A stretch of 63,942 nucleotides of DNA, filler included, from an uncultured Ignavibacteriales bacterium (GTDB taxonomy: Bacteria; Zixibacteria; MSB-5A5; GN15; JAAZOE01), in NCBI GenBank assembly GCA_964611355.1. It is 7 parts of 6 records of this genome, joined end to end, with 100 filler letters (N's around TTAATTAATTAA, not from the genome) between each part and the next. Parts side by side here need not be neighbours in the genome. Positions count along the whole stretch, not along the records: positions 54,661 to 63,942 come from CAZSYD010000073.1; 6 more parts are not named here. One strand, given 5' to 3'. Numbering within the stretch: the first letter of the stretch is position 1; the number at the start of each line of letters is the position of its first letter. The translations under genes were made by a program, and so were the position numbers. This document shows, piece by piece, positions 61,099 to 63,942 of this stretch. The notes under the pieces are model-generated. The model was not told the origin of the DNA, searched no databases, and was given only the letters and a program-made list of their open reading frames with translations.

Positions 61099-62286
61099 TT
61101 AGAATTCTAATCCTTCGATTATTGACCAGGTTTCCTCCTCGAAATACTCATACCCGAATTGGCCGTAGATTTCACCCTCGTCGGAGTGAACCTCGTCACG
61201 GCTGATCGGATTGTAAGCGATATCGAGGTCTTTCTTTTCCTTGAGCGGTCGGTACATGAATTTCCCCTTCGGAACGAGGAAAATCATTCCCATCAGATAC
61301 GGGTCCTGACTGAGCTTATCGCCCTCAATCAGGTCGTAAATGTGGCCGTTCAGGTTGATGCGCCGAATATCCAGACCCAGTTCTTTGGCGTCTTGGTCCA
61401 TGACAACCTTGTCGTCCGTCCATTGGTTTACCAGGCTGATAAAGTAGGACGAACAAACAATAGCGCCCTGTCCCTTGTAGAAAATCCGCCATTCCAGAAG
61501 AAGGTCAAAGAAGTCCATTCGGCTCATTGTCCCGGAGACATTCGTTACGTTTGTCGTAACAAAATCGTAGATGCCGCTAAAGGTATGGTAGTTCTGGGTG
61601 TAACTGGAGGAATCGGTTTTCTGACCCATGAAAAACAGGCCAGACTCCATTTGGTTTTTAATCCGCATCCACGATTTGTCGAGGTCTTTCTCAAACGGCG
61701 TCATTCCGGAGTATGTCCGCTCGGCAACCTCGGTATCGGTGGCCGAAACGGGATAGCTCACGATGCCGGTCGTAAATGACTTATAGACATCTACGCCGGA
61801 CTGTGGCTTGCCGGTCGTGAAGCCTTCGACCATCTGTGGGGTCAGAAGCAATAGGTGGTCGCCGGTTTTGAGATAATCGGTGGTAGCTCCGCGACCATGG
61901 CAACGGTCAACCGCTGCCGTTGTGTCCGCACTGGCAGGGTCGGCTGTCAGCCGAATAAGTTCCTTCGTCCTGGTGCAAAACAGAACCTGACCCTCAGCAC
62001 AGCGTTCGTAAACGTTGTCGATGGTCAGACCGGTTGCGCCCTGAGAGACCTCATCGTCACCGGTGTACTCAACCCAGTCGGCGAAGGGGGTGTCTTCGGT
62101 GTGGCCGAAGGTGTGGTTGAAGGTTGGTTCGGACGGCAATCCGTTTGCCATGAGCCACGACAGAAGCTGGTTCTGATTCGGGTTGTTCATCCATACCCGA
62201 TCCCCGATGCACAGGGGTTTATCCTGCGCGATAGGATCGTCGGTATCCCGAATCGTCCGTAAAAATGTTGCAGCATTTGGAAGCAA
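61099..62286 (-). CDS. Major capsid protein (SU10/DUF5309-like HK97 fold)
   Basis: 395 aa after the scaffold gene; N-terminal NP...LL, H...ED, ME.GLFF.G...TFSGIYDFV.TN, YRPL, C-terminal GE..G.E pattern. Confidence 0.75.
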   Translation of the reverse strand: MLPNAATFLRTIRDTDDPIAQDKPLCIGDRVWMNNPNQNQLLSWLMANGLPSEPTFNHTFGHTEDTPFADWVEYTGDDEVSQGATGLTIDNVYERCAEGQVLFCTRTKELIRLTADPASADTTAAVDRCHGRGATTDYLKTGDHLLLLTPQMVEGFTTGKPQSGVDVYKSFTTGIVSYPVSATDTEVAERTYSGMTPFEKDLDKSWMRIKNQMESGLFFMGQKTDSSSYTQNYHTFSGIYDFVTTNVTNVSGTMSRMDFFDLLLEWRIFYKGQGAIVCSSYFISLVNQWTDDKVVMDQDAKELGLDIRRINLNGHIYDLIEGDKLSQDPYLMGMIFLVPKGKFMYRPLKEKKDLDIAYNPISRDEVHSDEGEIYGQFGYEYFEEETWSIIEGLEF

Positions 62287-62289
62287 GTG

Positions 62290-63171
62290 TTATCCTTTTT
62301 TGGGTCCTTTCAGGCGCCTCATTGTGTGATCAAAGTCTTCCTTGTTGTGCATATCAAGGCCGCCTGTTTTTTTCGCATTCGCATTGTCTTCGGCGCCGCC
62401 GCTTCCGCCCTTCAAATCGCCTGTGTTCTTTCTGTTAAGTTCCTCGATGTACTCTTCCCGACCAACTTTCTTGGCCGCGTCAAGAGCCGCCGGCAGATTC
62501 GCGCCTTTGGCTGCCAGATGCAGAACCTCGGCCATTTCCATTCGCCCGCTGACCGTCGCCAGTTGAAGCGAGTTACGATCCTGAGACAGTTGGCCCCAGT
62601 CATCGTATTTCCGAGCATACTCCGCTTCCTGCATGGCGTCGATCTTGGAGGCAAACATCGAGGAAAACCGAGCCGTCAATTCGTCGCCGAATTGTTTGAA
62701 TTTGGCATCAAGGTTGGATTCAGAAAGAGCTCCGTCGTCGTCCAGAAGAGCGACTTTCTTCCCTTCGGGAAAGTCGATCTGAACGCCAAATTCTTTGGCA
62801 AGTTTGGCAATGCCTTGTTTGGCGTCTCCGTCGAAAATGCTTTTCAGGGACTTGAAAGATTCAATATCAGACCCCAATCGCCCGACTGAGGTTTTCAACT
62901 TCTCGTTCTCTTCCTTGAGAGAGAGAATCTGAGCATCCCTGTCATCTCCTTTTTTATCAGACGAAGCATCAGGTTTCTTTTTGTTGTCGGCGTCTCCGGC
63001 TTTGCCGGCATCCTGATTACCCGCGTCGGCAGCACCGGCAGCGCCCTTATTGGCGTCGCCCGCGTCCCCAGCGTTGGCCTTGTTTGCCGCATCCTGACCG
63101 GCAGTCCCAGCGTCTCCGCCGGCACCCCCGTCAGAACCTTCATCTAAATAGCGCCGTAAGTGAAGAATCAT
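62290..63171 (-). CDS. Capsid scaffolding protein
   Basis: Low-complexity D/A/G/K N-terminus, coiled coil, lies just before the MCP gene. Confidence 0.7.
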   Translation of the reverse strand: MILHLRRYLDEGSDGGAGGDAGTAGQDAANKANAGDAGDANKGAAGAADAGNQDAGKAGDADNKKKPDASSDKKGDDRDAQILSLKEENEKLKTSVGRLGSDIESFKSLKSIFDGDAKQGIAKLAKEFGVQIDFPEGKKVALLDDDGALSESNLDAKFKQFGDELTARFSSMFASKIDAMQEAEYARKYDDWGQLSQDRNSLQLATVSGRMEMAEVLHLAAKGANLPAALDAAKKVGREEYIEELNRKNTGDLKGGSGGAEDNANAKKTGGLDMHNKEDFDHTMRRLKGPKKG

Positions 63172-63173
63172 AA

Positions 63174-63428
63174 CTACTCCTGTAAAGTGTTTTGTATGTA
63201 AGTTTTAAGCCTGTCGATAAGCTGCGAAAAATGCCGCCTCTTCAGGCTCAGTTCTTTTAATTTGCCTATTTCGCTTTCTTTCAATTCGACGTTTGCCCCC
63301 AATGAGCGGATCATCTCTTCTTTGATTCCGTCAACCTGCTCGTCGAGAAAACCCATCAACAGCTTGAACTCAGACGAAGTTGTAATTGCCTGCATCCGAG
63401 CGGCTTCTGGTGTCTGTTTTCCCCTCAT
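63174..63428 (-). CDS. Small phage protein between portal and scaffold
   Basis: 84-aa helical ORF in a position typical of podoviruses. Confidence 0.6.
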   Translation of the reverse strand: MRGKQTPEAARMQAITTSSEFKLLMGFLDEQVDGIKEEMIRSLGANVELKESEIGKLKELSLKRRHFSQLIDRLKTYIQNTLQE

Positions 63429-63942
63429 GGCGTTACCCCTACGCTGGTAGATCTCTGTCCCTGAGAAATCGCTGCCTGCCCGGTGGATTCCGTCAAGGCA
63501 TTGCTTCTTTGACCCGCCCCGGCCGCCTGAACCCCCATCTGCATCCCGGCCGATTTGTGCTCTTCCGCGTGTTGAGTCATTCGCCTCTTCATGGATTCCG
63601 GCCAGAGTTGATAATCCGGCGTCATCATGTAGGCCGAATGTACCCTGAAGTGATTTTCGTGATCGTTGGCGGGCGACACCCGAACGGTATGCCCCATAGC
63701 CATAATCTGATTTTCAATTTCAGGCGGTATATTCTCGGACTTTTCTGCGGGGTCAACCACGTATTCGTTAAACTCGCGCGGGTCGAGCTTCTTCCACATG
63801 CCCTTAAATAACTTTGTTAGATCAAAATACTGCGGAAACTGTAAAGACCTATCGAGGCCGGTCATATACTGTTGAATACGAATAGCATCATCCTGTAACC
63901 GGGTTGATCCCCGCGCCATGAATTTGCAACTGCCCGTCAGCC
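63425..63942 (-). CDS. Portal protein C-terminal part (starts beyond the window)
   Basis: Frame open to the window end; NDHENHFRVH...HAEEH and a Q/A/G-rich tail typical of P22-like portals. Confidence 0.65.
   Translation of the reverse strand, partial: LTGSCKFMARGSTRLQDDAIRIQQYMTGLDRSLQFPQYFDLTKLFKGMWKKLDPREFNEYVVDPAEKSENIPPEIENQIMAMGHTVRVSPANDHENHFRVHSAYMMTPDYQLWPESMKRRMTQHAEEHKSAGMQMGVQAAGAGQRSNALTESTGQAAISQGQRSTSVGVTP

Larger units (their letters stand above)
54661..63942 (-). mobile_element. Podovirus-type phage/prophage virion morphogenesis module
   Basis: Co-oriented, tightly packed genes in the order portal-scaffold-MCP-...-adaptors-nozzle-ejection protein. Confidence 0.85.

Noticed and set aside
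62990..63140. Short quasi-repeats (DAG/GDA) in the scaffold gene as a tandem repeat or CRISPR
   Set aside because: Low-complexity coding sequence typical of scaffold N-termini; no repeat-spacer array was seen anywhere in the window.

Overview
The window is a concatenation of seven unrelated contig pieces joined by 100-nt N spacers that carry a TTAATTAATTAA linker, plus one internal 100-N gap at 34057-34156, so adjacency across the spacers means nothing. Contigs 1-6 are chromosomal DNA of a diderm bacterium, probably FCB-group and Zixibacteria-like (inference). They carry an M16 peptidase; cdaA, obgE, dprA, HPr/EI, PGI-PMI and an ECF sigma operon; the yceD-rpmF-plsX-fabHDG-acpP-fabF-rnc cluster; a FadL-family porin with an apparently inactive esterase-fold lipoprotein; an SLBB/pseC-like polysaccharide locus; two ABC exporters, greA, a PLD enzyme and lptB-rpoN-hpf-hprK; tRNA-Gly, a tandem pair of GT-C-like membrane genes sharing about 1.28 kb of apparently identical DNA, glgA, galT and queT; cysK and a SPOR protein. 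Contig 7 (54661-63942) is a podovirus-type virion module: portal, scaffold, major capsid, two adaptors, nozzle and an ejection-like protein. The standout observation is that the second adaptor, the 906-aa nozzle and the next protein all begin with Sec-type signal peptides and are enriched in the D-(S/T)-(A/I/L/V/M/T) motif seen in the host's own exported proteins, while the head proteins have neither. This suggests a phage or phage-derived machine whose tail is exported, possibly glycosylated, and assembled outside the cytoplasm.
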